Source: Eledone cirrhosa (Eukaryota). From it: 64,000 nt of DNA. Below the pieces are notes generated by a model. It saw nothing but the letters and a program-made list of their open reading frames with translations, ran no database searches and was not told the origin of the DNA. The stretch's first letter is position 1. Each line of letters begins with the position of its first letter. The stretch spans positions 387,624,001 through 387,688,000 of the forward strand of contig OZ024741.1 of the NCBI GenBank assembly GCA_964016885.1, written 5' to 3'. This document shows positions 13,901 through 26,040 of this stretch, piece by piece. A program made the translations under genes and the position numbers.

Positions 13901-16292
13901 AGTATTGGTAGAGTGTTATTTGTGAGTATTGGTAGAGCGTTGTTTGTGAGTATTGGTAGAGCATTGTTTGTGAGTATTGGTAGAGCGTTATTTGTGAGTA
14001 TTGGTAGTGTTATTTGTGAGTATTGGTAGTGTTATTTGTGAGTATTGGTAGTGTTATTTGTGAGTATTGGTAGTGTTATTTGTGAGTATTGGTAGAGCGT
14101 TATTTGTGAGTATTGGTAGAGCGTTATTTGTGAGTATTGGTAGTGTTATTTGTGAGTATTGGTAGAGTGTTATTTGTGAGTATTGGTAGTGTTATTTGTG
14201 AGTATTGGTAGTGTTATTTGTGAGTATTGGTAGTGTTATTTGTGAGTATTGGTAGTGTTATTTGTGAGTATTGGTAGTGTTATTTGTGAGTATTGGTAGA
14301 GCGTTATTTGTGACTATTGGTAGAGCGTTATTTGTGAGTATTGGTAGAGCGTTATTTGTGAGTATTGGTAGCGTTATTTGTGAGTATTGGTAGTGTTATT
14401 TGTGAGTATTGGTAGTGTTATTTGTGAGTATTGGTAGTGTTATTTGTGACTATTGGTAGAGTGTTATTTGTGAGTATTGGTAGAGTGTTATTTGTGAGTA
14501 TTGGTAGAGTGTTATTTGTGAGTATTGGTAGAGTATTATTTGTGAGTATTGGTAGTGTTATTTGTGAGTATTGGTAGTGTTATTTGTGAGTATTGGTAGT
14601 GTTATTTGTGAGTATTGGTAGAGCGTTATTTGTGAGTATTGGTAGTGTTATTTGTGAGTATTCGTAGTGTTACTTGTGAGTATTCGTAGTGTTACTTGTG
14701 AGTATTGGTAGAGTGTTATTTGTGAGTATTGGTAGTGTTATTTGTGAGTATTGGTAGTGTTACTTGTGAGTATTGGTAGTGTTATTTGTGAGTATTGGTA
14801 GAGCGTTATTTGTGAGTATTGGTAGTGTTATTTGTGAGTATTGGTAGTGTTATTTGTGAGTATTGGTAGTGTTATTTGTGAGTATTGGTAGTGTTATTTG
14901 TGAGTATTGGTAGTGTTATTTGTGAGTATTGGTAGAGTGTTATTTGTGAGTATTGGTAGAGTGTTATTTGTGAGTATTGGTAGAGTGTTATTTGTGAGTA
15001 TTGGTAGTGTTATTTGTGAGTATTGGTAGAGCGTTATTTGTGAGTATTGGTAGAGCGTTATTTGTGAGTATTGGTAGTGTTATTTGTGAGTATTGGTAGT
15101 GTTATTTGTGAGTATTGGTAGAGCGTTATTTGTGAGTATTGGTAGAGCGTTATTTGTGAGTATTGGTAGAGCGTTATTTGTGAGTATTGGTAGCGTTATT
15201 TGTGAGTATTGGTAGCGTTATTTGTGAGTATTGGTAGCGTTATTTGTGAGTATTGGTAGTGTTATTTGTGAGTATTGGTAGTGTTATTGACAGTATTGGT
15301 AGTGTTATTTGTGAGTATTGGTAGAGTGTTATTTGAGTATTGGTAGAGTGTTATTTGTGAGTATTCGTAGTGTTACTTGTGAGTATTGGTAGAGTGTTAT
15401 TTGTGAGTATTGGTAGTGTTACTTGTGAGTATTGGTAGAGCGTTATTTGTGAGTATTGGTAGTGTTATTTGTGAGTATTGGTAGAGCGTTATTTGTGAGT
15501 ATTGGTAGTGTTATTTGTGAGTATTGGTAGTGTTATTTGTGAGTATTGGTAGAGTGTTATTTGTGAGTATTGGTAGTGTTATTTGTGAGTATTGGTAGTG
15601 TTACTTGTGAGTATTGGTAGAGTGTTATTTGTGAGTATTGGTAGTGTTATTTGTGAGTATTGGTAGAGCGTTATTTGTGAGTATTGGTAGTGTTATTTGT
15701 GAGTATTGGTAGTGTTATTTGTGAGTATTGGTAGAGCCTTATTTGTGAGTATTGGTAGTGTTATTTGTGAGTATTGGTAGTGTTATTTGTGAGTATTGGT
15801 AGTGTTATTTGTGAGTATTGGTAGTGTTATTTGTGAGTATTGGTAGTGTTATTTGTGAGTATTGGTAGTGTTATTTGTGAGTATTGGTAGAGCGTTATTT
15901 GTGAGTATTGGTAGTGTTATTTGTGAGTATTGGTAGTGTTATTTGTGAGTATTGGTAGTGTTATTTGTGAGTATTGGTAGTGTTATTTGTGAGTATTGGT
16001 AATGTTATTTGTGAGTATTGGTAGTGTTATTTGTGAGTATTGGTAGTGTTATTTGTGAGTATTGGTAGTGTTATTTGTGAGTATTGGTAGTGTTATTTGT
16101 GAGTATTGGTAGTGTTATTTGTGAGTATTGGTAGTGTTACTTGTGAGTATTGGTAGTGTTATTTGTGAGTATTGGTAGTGTTATTTGTGAGTATTGGTAG
16201 TGTTATTTGTGAGTATTGGTAGAGTGTTATTTGTGAGTATTGGTAATGTTATTTGTGAGTATTGGTAGTGTTATTGACAGTATTGGTAGAGC
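10987..16292 (+). repeat. Minisatellite, 22/24-bp unit (ttatttgtgagtattggtagtg / ttatttgtgagtattggtagagcg), about 230 copies
   Basis: Direct reading; continuous for 5.3 kb and runs into a SINE at its right end. Confidence 0.99.
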
Positions 16293-16488
16293 ATCAAACA
16301 ACATGCTTCACAGCATTGAGTTATGGCCCATTATGTTCTGAGTTCAAATCCGGCTGAGGTTAGCTTTGCTTTTCATCCTTACAGGGTCGATAAAATAAAG
16401 TGCCAGTCACACACTGGGGTTTTATTCGACTTTATCCTCCACCAAAATTGTTGACTTTGTGACTAAATCAGAAACCGTTATTTGTGAG
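16273..16488 (+). mobile_element. tRNA-derived SINE (family S1) abutting the minisatellite
   Basis: Head attgacagtattggtagagc, B box gagttcaaatcc, core ctttgcttttcatccttacagggtcgataaaataaagt; homologous to 19780-19995. Confidence 0.9.
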
Positions 16489-16797
16489 GAATTCAATAAG
16501 GTGAAAACTTTTGTGATACAGAAATGTGTGTTTAAGGTGGAGTGAGTGAGATAAATAGGAAAATTAGCATAAGATAGTTATCAGTTGATAATCTTTTAAA
16601 AGGTAAGTGTTTATTTCAGGTTAAGTAAAAGCAGTAGAGTCATGTCTCATGATGATGTTGGTGGTGGTGGCAGTAGTGGTAGTGGTGATGATACTTTTAG
16701 GTCAAGTTTGGACAATATGTTTATTTTCTCAGGCTCTACAACCTAAATACATTGATTTAGGTTACTGCTAATGATATCAGGTAATCACCACTTTCAG

Positions 16798-17325
16798 CAG
16801 AGGCTGCTATTACAACCAAACCCCACTGAAGGTGGTGTAGTGGGTCTTCTCCCACCACCTTCACTAGAGGTTGCTATCACAACCAAACCCCTCTGAAGGT
16901 GGTGTAGTGGGTCTTCTCCCACCACCTTCACTAGAGGTTGCTATCACAACCAAACCCCTCTGAAGGTGGTGTAGTGGGTCTTCTCCCACCACCTCTACCA
17001 GAGGTTGCTATCACAACCAAACCCCTCTGAAGGTGGTGTAGTGGGTCTTCTCCCACCACCTTCACTAGAGGTTGCTATCACAACCAAACCCCTCTGAAGG
17101 TGGTGTAGTGGGTCTTCTCCCACCACCTTCACTAGAGGTTGCTATCACAACCAAACCCCTCTGAAGGTGGTGTAGTGGGTCTTCTCCCACCACCTCCACT
17201 AGAGGCTGCTATCACAATCAAACTCCTCTGAAGGTGGTGTAGTGGTTCTTCTCCCACCACACCACTACCTTCAGAGATTGCTATCACAACCAAACCCCAC
17301 TGAAGGGGTGTAGTAGGTCTCCCAC
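16798..17325. repeat. 67-bp minisatellite, about 8 copies, each with an internal hairpin
   Basis: Units start at 16867, 16934, 17001 etc.; tgaaggtggtg...caccaccttca is an 11-bp inverted repeat. Confidence 0.95.
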
Positions 17326-17986
17326 ACTTCAAAATTGTTGTTGTTTTCTTTTGTTTCTACAAGATTATAATCCTGAATAATTGTTCTTGCTTGCCTATCA
17401 GAGAGAGAGAGGGGGGGGGGAGATTGAGAAACAGACAGAGAAACAGCGAGAGAAGAAAAGTGTTTGTGTTTACTGTTTACTTTGTACAGATGATTAGAGA
17501 TAGTGAGTACATGTTTAAGATAGTGGTGTACCTTTTGCTATTTTAGATTCTAAATTTGTTACTGAATCTCCTCTCACTGTTGTCTATAGAAGTAAACAGT
17601 TCCATACATATGGAACTTTCTCAAATAAGCGAAACCAAATGCTTGTTCACACAGCACTTATGACTGACACTAGTGTCTTCTCTTCTTAACAGTATTTATC
17701 TACTATAGTAATTACATTGCAAAAGAGTCATTTTAGATATTTAAGAACATACAAACACCTTTTTGTTTAGTTTCTTGAGGTGCCAAAATGTTCATTGCAC
17801 TTCTCTGACCTGGTCACTGACACAATTCCACTTTGACTCTGAAATTGGCCATTATACTTTTGTCAAAGATGTCATTATTACAAAGATCATTTTGGTACAG
17901 TTTTCTAATTCCTCAAAGACATTTTTATTCTCAGAATAATAGGCCAAACATCTTTATCTCTGAATCGTAATAGAATGGATGTGAGT

Positions 17987-18237
17987 TTAACTCTTTTAAA
18001 ACCAACCTGTCTGAGAAAGCCCATGACTCTATGATACAAAATCTCTCATTTTGCATTGTCTGTATTTAAATTAAAATCTTCTTTCATAAGTTTTTGTAAG
18101 AAATGTTGTCAAGTTACATACCAAACACTAGTTTAATAATGAGAAAGTTAGTTATATTACTAAATCTTTCTAAATTCTTGGTTATTTGAAAATTATGAGC
18201 TGTGTCTTTCATTATAAATTCAGTAACAAAAGGTTAA
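17987..18237 (-). mobile_element. TTAA MITE family M1
   Basis: ttaactctttt...aaaaggttaa; internal homology to other M1 copies (1-103, 23135-23348, 33392-33660, 35572-35963, 58557-58780). Confidence 0.7.
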
Positions 18238-19304
18238 ATAGAGTATAAAGGTTGAAACACAGACAATTTCTTCCAGAGTAGGGGAAAGAGATAGAAGAAA
18301 GAGTGGCTAGTTGATTTTCATCAACTCCTAGAGTCTCCCCAACAACGTCGTTTTTACCTGCTCAAAACGTCTAGAGAGAGCTAAGATGGAGTTTCCACTG
18401 ATTGCACTGCCTGATTGGTTGAAGGCTGTGTGTACTTGGATACATTGCAGTTTCCAAGGACAAAGCCACTTCTATCTAGGGAAGGGGTATAGTAGATTGT
18501 ATTGCCTTGTTAATTTATCAACTCAGAGTATGTAAAAGACAAAATCAATCTTTTTGTCATTCAACTTATGACCATCCTTACTTTTTGTCTCTTTAAGGCT
18601 GGCTATATTGGACTATAGAATCCAGTGTGTCCTTTCCTTCTTTAAGACAATAGGTAGTAGTGATTTGAAGCAAATTTAGTTGCTATACCTAGCGGGGCTA
18701 GTAACCATGTAGAGGCTCCATTGCTGGAATATATATTTAGTTTTTGTGTTATAGGTCTCTTCTTATCCCCCTCCCCATCCCAGTTAGATTTACATATCTG
18801 TAAGGCATGGTGGTTGGTTTGGGTGAGTAGGTGGATGGGGAACGGCTTTCTGCTGACATTAACTTCACTACTTTCAAAGATAACAGAATTTACTTCTTGC
18901 TTACTCATCAGAGGTCATGACATCGAAAAAAATTATTAAAACAAACTTCATGAATATAAGTAGGTTCATTAAAGAACCCACTTCATGTCTTTCTGACAGA
19001 ATTGCTTGTCTGAACATAGTTGAAGGAGGTGTAATTAAAGATACCTTTCTATACATCAATCAATAATTATCTTACACACATTAAATAAATGGTGTTAGTG
19101 TTTTATTTTGTTTTATTTTGTAATCAGAAGTGTCTTTCAATGAATTGTTGTTGTTATGTAGACCTTAGCCCTGCTCAACCTTGTCTGAGCAGTCATGTGA
19201 TCAAAGGTGTTCCAGCGGTGATTAGCTAGGCTTCTTGTATATCTGCAAGTAAGTTTGACCTATGTGTCCTTCCATTTATATACATACTTACATACACAAC
19301 AAAA

Positions 19305-19620
19305 AGTATCCAACCCACCCAGTAAGGTGGACGTGTTGATAACACGAAAAAAGCACCCAGCCCACCCTGTAAAGTGGTTGTGTTGGTGGCATGATGAAAA
19401 GCACCCAGTTTACACTGTAAGGTGGTCATTTTGGTGCTTCAATGAAAAGCACCCAGTCCAAGCTGTAAATGTGGCTGGCATTAGGAAGGGCATCCAGCCG
19501 TAGAAACCAAACCAGAAACAGTTCTGTATGAGTACCTGATCTGACTTGTCTCATAACGGGACAAATCGTATAACGCATGCTAGCATGGATAAATGGCCAT
19601 TAAACAGTGAAGATGATGAT
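19305..19620 (+). mobile_element. RTE 3'UTR-derived fragment
   Basis: Repeated cacccag...ctgtaaagtgg units, ggaagggcatccagccgtagaaac motif, gatgatgat tail. Similar pieces at 1066-1270(-), 26040-26195, 29545-29795, 32355-32536, 53750-54065 and 54995-55215. Confidence 0.75.
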
Positions 19621-19779
19621 ACACACATACATATATTAAGTATGCAAAAGCAGTCATAATAGAATGTGTGTGTGTGAATATATATATATATAGAGAGAGA
19701 GAGTTTAAATTCTCTTGTTTCTCTTTTACTGGGAATAAGTATACATATTTGCGTTGTTTGGATATATATTATTTTTATT

Positions 19780-19995
19780 GATTGGCAGTATCGGTAGAGC
19801 ATTGGACAACATGCTTTGCAGCAGTGAGTTACGGCCCTTTGCATTCTGTGTTCAAATGTCGCCGAAGTTAGCTTTGCCTTCATCTTTACGGGTTTGATAA
19901 AATAAAGTACCAGTAATGCACTGGGGTCGATTTAATCAACTTTCCCCTCCCCTTCTAATTACTGGCCTTGTGCCTAAAGTAGAAACAATTATTAG
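19780..19995 (+). mobile_element. tRNA-derived SINE S1
   Basis: gattggcagtatcggtagagc head, gtgttcaaatgtc, same core and tail. Confidence 0.9.
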
Positions 19996-20789
19996 TGTAA
20001 AACTAACTGAAATATTTGAGGGCCCCTAATTTTTGGTTGAACATAAAATTATTTTGTTTTTGTTATATATATATATTAAAAAAAGTTTTATGATTTTCAT
20101 TTTGTAAATCCATAAAATTTATCTGTGTTAAACATTTTTGACATATGACATAAGGCATGAGATATTCTACTTAGAGATTTGAGACTGTTGACTGAGATAT
20201 TGAAGAAGCTGCTAGTCCTATGTGGCAGGCCGGTGTCCTTTTATCCTTGATGTTGTTTACAGTGGAGAAAGTTTTATCTTACTTTAAATTTTACTCAGTG
20301 AGATTCAACTTCTCCAACTGCAAACTTCATCAACCTCTCACACTTTCAATGGCTGCCAGCAATATGCACCTTCATCTTTATTTCACTCTGGTGGTACCGT
20401 CTTCTTTATCTATTTTTCTTTCCATTTTTTAAATCCATTTCAAATAAATTGTTTAGTTATCCATTGTTTTACTTGTTTTAATTTACATTTTATTTATTTT
20501 ATTATTTTTTTTCATTTTTATTTTACATATTTTTTTTATTTTTCTTTGCTGTAATAAAAATTATATAAAAAATATAAAATCTCTTCATAACTTATTTTAA
20601 ATTTAGAAAAACAACAATATAAAACAAACAATTAATTGTTAAAAGATCTGTGCACATTAGAAAAAATGGATTGAGTAATTCATTGAAGTGCTGAAATTAT
20701 TGTCAGTTAATTTGATTGTGTGAGCTTTTTCCTTTAATACCAATCTAGCATTGTGCAAAGTCTATAATCATTATGTTCCCACAGCTGGT

Positions 20790-21015
20790 GCAACCAGTCA
20801 TTGGGGTGCCACTCTAGATGTTTTCATAGCCAGTCGTCACCATTGGTCTCTATTCTCCATCATGCATAGTAGGGTCTCAGTGTTGTGACCAGTCAAGTCT
20901 TTGATTTTGTCAGACCAGGATTTTCTTTGTCTGTCTCTCTTTTGCCCGCCCTCAACTATGCCCTGAAGGATGGTTTTAGACAAAGTGTGGTGAGATACAT
21001 GACCATACCAGGCAA
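20790..21015 (-). mobile_element. RTE LINE 3' fragment (family 3, BovB-like C-terminus)
   Basis: Minus strand reads approximately AWYGHVSHHTLSKTILQGIVEGGQKRDRQRKSW. Confidence 0.7.
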
Positions 21016-22064
21016 TTCAGAGTAGAAATGTCCTCACTTTTCTGTGATGGGAGGCAGGATTTCAGCTCAGAATGCACTGAGCTAGAACAGATACTGCAAA
21101 ATGTCTTGCAGTACTGTAAAGACAATTTAACAATTGTGCCAATCAACCACCTATGGGCTGGTACTTTGTTTATTGACCCCTTGAAAATGGAAGGGAACGT
21201 TGACTTTGGAAAGATTTGAACTCAGAGTGCAGAAAATCAGAACTAGTACCAAAACATTTAATCCAATGTTCTAATAGCTAAAGGTGGTGAATTGGCAGAA
21301 TAATTAGAACATCAGGTAGTGCCTTGTGGTATTCGTTTTGAAGTCAACTTTGCCTCTCATCCATTCGAGGTCAATAAAAAAAAATTACAAGTCTAGTACT
21401 TGATTCGTTTCTTCCTTTATGCCTCTTTCTCACTTCCTGGAAGAAATCTGCTGTATTTAGACCTGGAGAGGTTCTGAGTTCTACCAGATTTAAAAATGCC
21501 TTAGAAATGCTGTATGTCAATATGCGCCCCTACAACTCTGTCAGGAGTTACAGGACCATACCACCATATACCCAATAACTTTGTTAATTTGTTCCCTATC
21601 TTTAAAAAGCAAAGTACAATTTTCTATGGAAAAATAATTTCAACATTTTTATACTGAGAAATTTTGTTTATTGCTAAAGCTCCAGTCCTGCCTGACAATG
21701 GGTTTGCAACTATAAAGTTCCTCTCTGCATTTCAAACCTGGGCAATGTGCTTTGAGGAAAACCAGCAATTGTTCATGCATGCCATTCTTGCCACACTACT
21801 GATGTCCCAAGGGAAAAACAAAGGCTGATACAGCTTGGTACTGGTGTCATCACAAATTATTTTTTCCAGCTGTGTGAACTGGAGCAATGTGAAATAGACT
21901 GTCTTGCTTAAAGACACATTGTACTGCCTAGTCTGGAAATCAAATTTACAACTTTATGATTGCAAGCCTGACATTTTAACTCTTAACATCCTGTAATTAT
22001 TTTGCAGAAAATATCTAAAAATGGGTTTGTAATTCAAATGTTTATAGAATCTTTATTAGTGGAC

Positions 22065-22632
22065 ATCATCATCATCATTACCATTTTACGCCCATTTTTC
22101 CATGCTGGCATGGGCAATGTTAGGTCAGGTGTCAATGTCTTGCTCATACAGAACTGATTTTGGCTGGTTTCTACAGCTGGATGCCCTTCCTTGCGCTAAC
22201 TTCATCTACAGTGAGTACTGGGTGCTGTTTGTCGTGATACCTACATGACCACTTTACAGTGTGGACTGGGTGCTGTTTGTCGTGATACCTACTTGACCAC
22301 TTTACAGTGTGGACTGGATGCTTTTTGTCGTGACATCTACTTGACCACTTTACAGTGTGGACTGGATGCTTTTTGTCGTGACACCTACAAGACCACTTTA
22401 CAGTGTTGGCTGGGAACTTTTTACCATGTCACCATCTATGGTGATGTATGGGAGGGTGGGGTAGAGTGGTGTATACAGTATATATGCTTCAGGTTCAGCT
22501 TGTGCCCCTGGGAAGTCGGGACTTCTGTATAACCGCGTAACGCCAGTGATCTCCATCCTGTGTCATCGCCTTTGAGAGGTGCAATTGGGCAAGGTCAGCT
22601 TTTATCGCTTCATCCCAAGTCTTCCTGGGCCA
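22065..22632 (-). mobile_element. RTE family 1 3' end with expanded 48-bp 3'UTR repeat
   Basis: Homologous to 1712-2110; (CAT)n on + strand at 22065; 4-5 tandem 48-bp units at 22218-22430. Confidence 0.85.
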
Positions 22633-23484
22633 TTTTCACCTACTAAAGTGGGTTAACCTTATAGGCCCCATGAAAAGGTTGAAGAAACATTTTATGGCTG
22701 AATGCCCTGCCTGGTGCCAACTCTTTTAGTCATCTTGAATGACATGCAGGGATATGGTGTAGTTATACTAAACTGGATACACACAGCAATGAAAAGAACA
22801 TATAGCTTTACATTAAAATATATATTTTTAATGATCTTTCTCTGTAATAACCACTGAAAAACGCATAAATATCTCAATTGCCATTCGCCCAACTCCTAAA
22901 GATTTTAGGCTCCATATCGACATGAAGAAAGCAATAATAACACCACTCCAGTATTCAGCTTGGCATTCTACATTGCAAAACTTTGAAAACCTGATTCACT
23001 GGTTTAACTTAATGTTCAAGGAAGAGCATTCTCCAACACTTGCAAACATCCAGTTTTACAAGGCTGTCCAGCCCATCTAGACAAGGAACTTTGGTCCTTG
23101 GCATTGTAAATGTTTTCGTATTCAATGAAAATTATGGATATGAACCATTTCATTTCCATAGTTCTAATAAAAAATGCCTATTCAGCTGATGTTTGGAACA
23201 TAACTTAACAATGGTTTTTAAATAAAATTATGATGGAAGTTTTTTTTTTTTTTTTTTTTTTTTAGATAAATGTAAACATTTTAAAATAAACAGTTTTGTA
23301 TGATGGAACCAGGAACTGGTTTCAGGTGGTTTGGTATTAGAAGGGCTAATTCACTAGGAAAATGTTCGTTTGGGGTTACTTTCTAAAATAATTTACTACA
23401 GTTTGAAAGTTTTGTGCTACATTTTCTGAAATTAACCTGCCAACTCAGCATGCATATACTAGATCTTTGTTTATAATATTATGA

Positions 23485-24305
23485 AAATGAAAGCAGGCTG
23501 TATGATGCCTGCATACGAACAGTAATGTTGCATGGCAGTGAGACCTGGGCATTGTGTGCAGAGGATATACGCAAACTGGAGAGGAACGAAGCTTGCATGC
23601 TCCGCTGGATGTGTAATAGTAATATATGTGAACGGTAAAGCACAAACGAACTAAGGGAGAAATTAGGAATAAGAGGGATCAGATGTTGTTTACTCGAGAG
23701 AAGACTACGTTGGTACGGTCACGTGATGTGCATGAAAGACGACAGCTGTATAAAAAAGTGCAGGGTGATAAAAATAGATGGTAGCCACGGAGTAGGCAGA
23801 CCCAGAAAAATCTGGGACGACTTGATAAATTCCGACCTCACACACTTACACCTCTCCAAGACAATGTCACTGGACCGAGATCTTTGGCGCTACACAGTAA
23901 TACAGAAGACCCGCCTTGCCTAAGTACAAAGCGAAACCTACAGTCAGTAGGCACCTCTAACAAAAATACACCCCCGTCCCACCACCCCCACCCCATCCAC
24001 ACCACCCCTTTCAATGTAAAGTTATGTTGGTACCACAACATCCAGTCCGAAACAAATGAGGTCGTGTAGGTGTCACGACAAAAAAAAACAGTCCACGCTG
24101 TAATGTGGCCGTGTAGGCAACACGGTAAAAACCTCCCAGTCCACACTGTAAAAGTGGTTGGTATTAGGAAGGGCATCCAGTCGTAGAAAACCCGCCAGAC
24201 AGTCCTATGCGAGCAAGACAACCAATCTTGCCTCAAGTGGGAAAATTCCCGTCCAAACCCATGCAAGCGTGGAAGATGGACGTTAAACGATGATGATGAT
24301 GATGA
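23485..24305 (+). mobile_element. RTE family 1 3' fragment
   Basis: RLYDACIR...RLRWYGHV...DRDLWR, then 3'UTR and (GAT)n tail at about 24288-24305. Confidence 0.9.
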
Positions 24306-25410
24306 ATTAACTAAGATTGTAATGTAAATTGTGGTTGTTTTGTCCTTTTATCAAGCCTCTGTAGAAATATTTGAGAGAAGCTGAATATGGGATTTAAGCT
24401 AACCAGCGAAAAGTATGTAGCCAACAAACTTCCAGATTTAAAACTAAACTTTATAGTGTAACCCTACCTTCAAGATCCTATCAGCCTGGAATTATTATTG
24501 TATCTAAGACTCACTAATAATTCTCTTAAGTATAGCCTAAAATGTTATTAATCTCTATACAGCTACTTGTAAAAAGCAGACTTTGTACTCCGAAATTATT
24601 ATTTTTATTTGTACCTAATTCTACTTAGCATAGCCTGAATGGATTTTATACCATTTAGAACAGTTTAAAGTTTCCCCGACATAACAGATTCCAATGTAAA
24701 TGATGTTAGTTATTTAGAAAATGGTTGGTGCCATATCTATCAACTGGTTCATAAAATAGTTTGGTTACTTGATCAGAATGCCAATTAACGAACCATCTAT
24801 GTAGACCCTATAAAACCAGTTATTTCGACTTCAGAGGAAGACCAAATAGATTCAAGGAGTTGCAGACACACTGCACACTTACAGCATGACACTACTGCAC
24901 ATCTCATGCCTTACTACAGATGCATCTTCATCACCCTGTGAGTTTCCTTCCAGAGGCACCTTGGCAAACAAAATGAATAAAAGATAGAAGTTATATAGGA
25001 AATGTCTCATATTATTTTTTACACTATGTAACAGCAGTGTTTTAAGTCCTTTTCCCTCCTGTAAAGCAGAGGTTAACCTTTTGGGCATCAGAAAAGGCTT
25101 CATACTCATTACGGGGTCTTTTTGAGGCAATGTTTTACATTTGGATGCCTTTCCTGTCACTAAACAACCCTTTTAGTCACTTCTTATGCCAAGTAGGAAT
25201 ACAGTGTACCTATTCTAAACTGTATACACAAAGCTGTGTGTATTTCTATAAACAATATTTTCAGTTAATTCAATGATTATGTGTTTGGGGTTAAAATGTA
25301 CCATGCCTACTTTTGAATAACCGACATACAGTTAAGTGATCAATAATGACAGTAAACAGTCTGTCTTAATATTGAAACCAACTATCTAACTTGACTGGTC
25401 TTTATGTTTC

Positions 25411-26040
25411 TTAACCTATTTGTGACCATATTTCTAATGGAACACACTATTTACTATGTATATTTGAATATAAGCCAACCCCCTATTTCATGCCTGAGAA
25501 ATAGGCAAACATCCAAACCCTGTTTATTAAGTCGAGGCTGCTAATCAACACATTGTGTTTAGATGGTGCAGTTTTGAAATTCTTAAGAGTGGAAAATGTA
25601 TTTCAGAAGTTTTTATATATTGATATTTAAAATGTTTTAAGTGTCATTTAGAGCATATTTTTTGTGTCACTACTCCATTATATAATGATTTTCTTTTACC
25701 AATTTCCACCTGTTTTGAAGGCCATATTCTTTCAAAACACATCGAAAACAATAGAAATTTCACTGTCAAAGTGAAACTGTTATAATATTCACCTCCAAAA
25801 GTGAAACCAGTATAATATTCACTTCCAAAGTAAAAATATTATAGCACCTGATGTTCGTAGAATGTGACAAATTTGTTGTCATATATTTCTCATCATATTG
25901 TATGTGTTTCATTTAATCTTTGAAATAATCAAGACTTTTGGAGAGGTTTAGTAAAATAGTTAATTTTTTCCTTTTAAGATGATGCTTAAAGTTTCTTAAA
26001 TAAAATTATGGTGGGAAGTTTTTTTAAAAATATGAACAAA
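25411..26040 (+). mobile_element. M1 MITE containing a pogo/Tc-like MITE (about 25452-25900)
   Basis: ttaacctatttgtgacc start; insert begins tactatgtatatttgaatataagcc and is homologous to 34596-35077. Confidence 0.7.

Noticed and set aside
10987-16292. Telomere-like G/T-rich repeat
   Set aside because: Not TTAGGG, interstitial, and explained by a SINE junction.
10987-17325. CRISPR-like arrays (22/24-bp and 67-bp hairpin repeats)
   Set aside because: No unique spacers, no cas genes, eukaryotic context.
16798-17325. Hammerhead or retrozyme in the 67-bp units (ctgaagg + hairpin)
   Set aside because: Core is CUGAAGG and no GAAA follows the stem.
24780-24940. Possible extra exon ending at gtgagt
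   Set aside because: No recognisable SZT2 similarity; its donor would be phase 2 whereas exon A needs phase 0.
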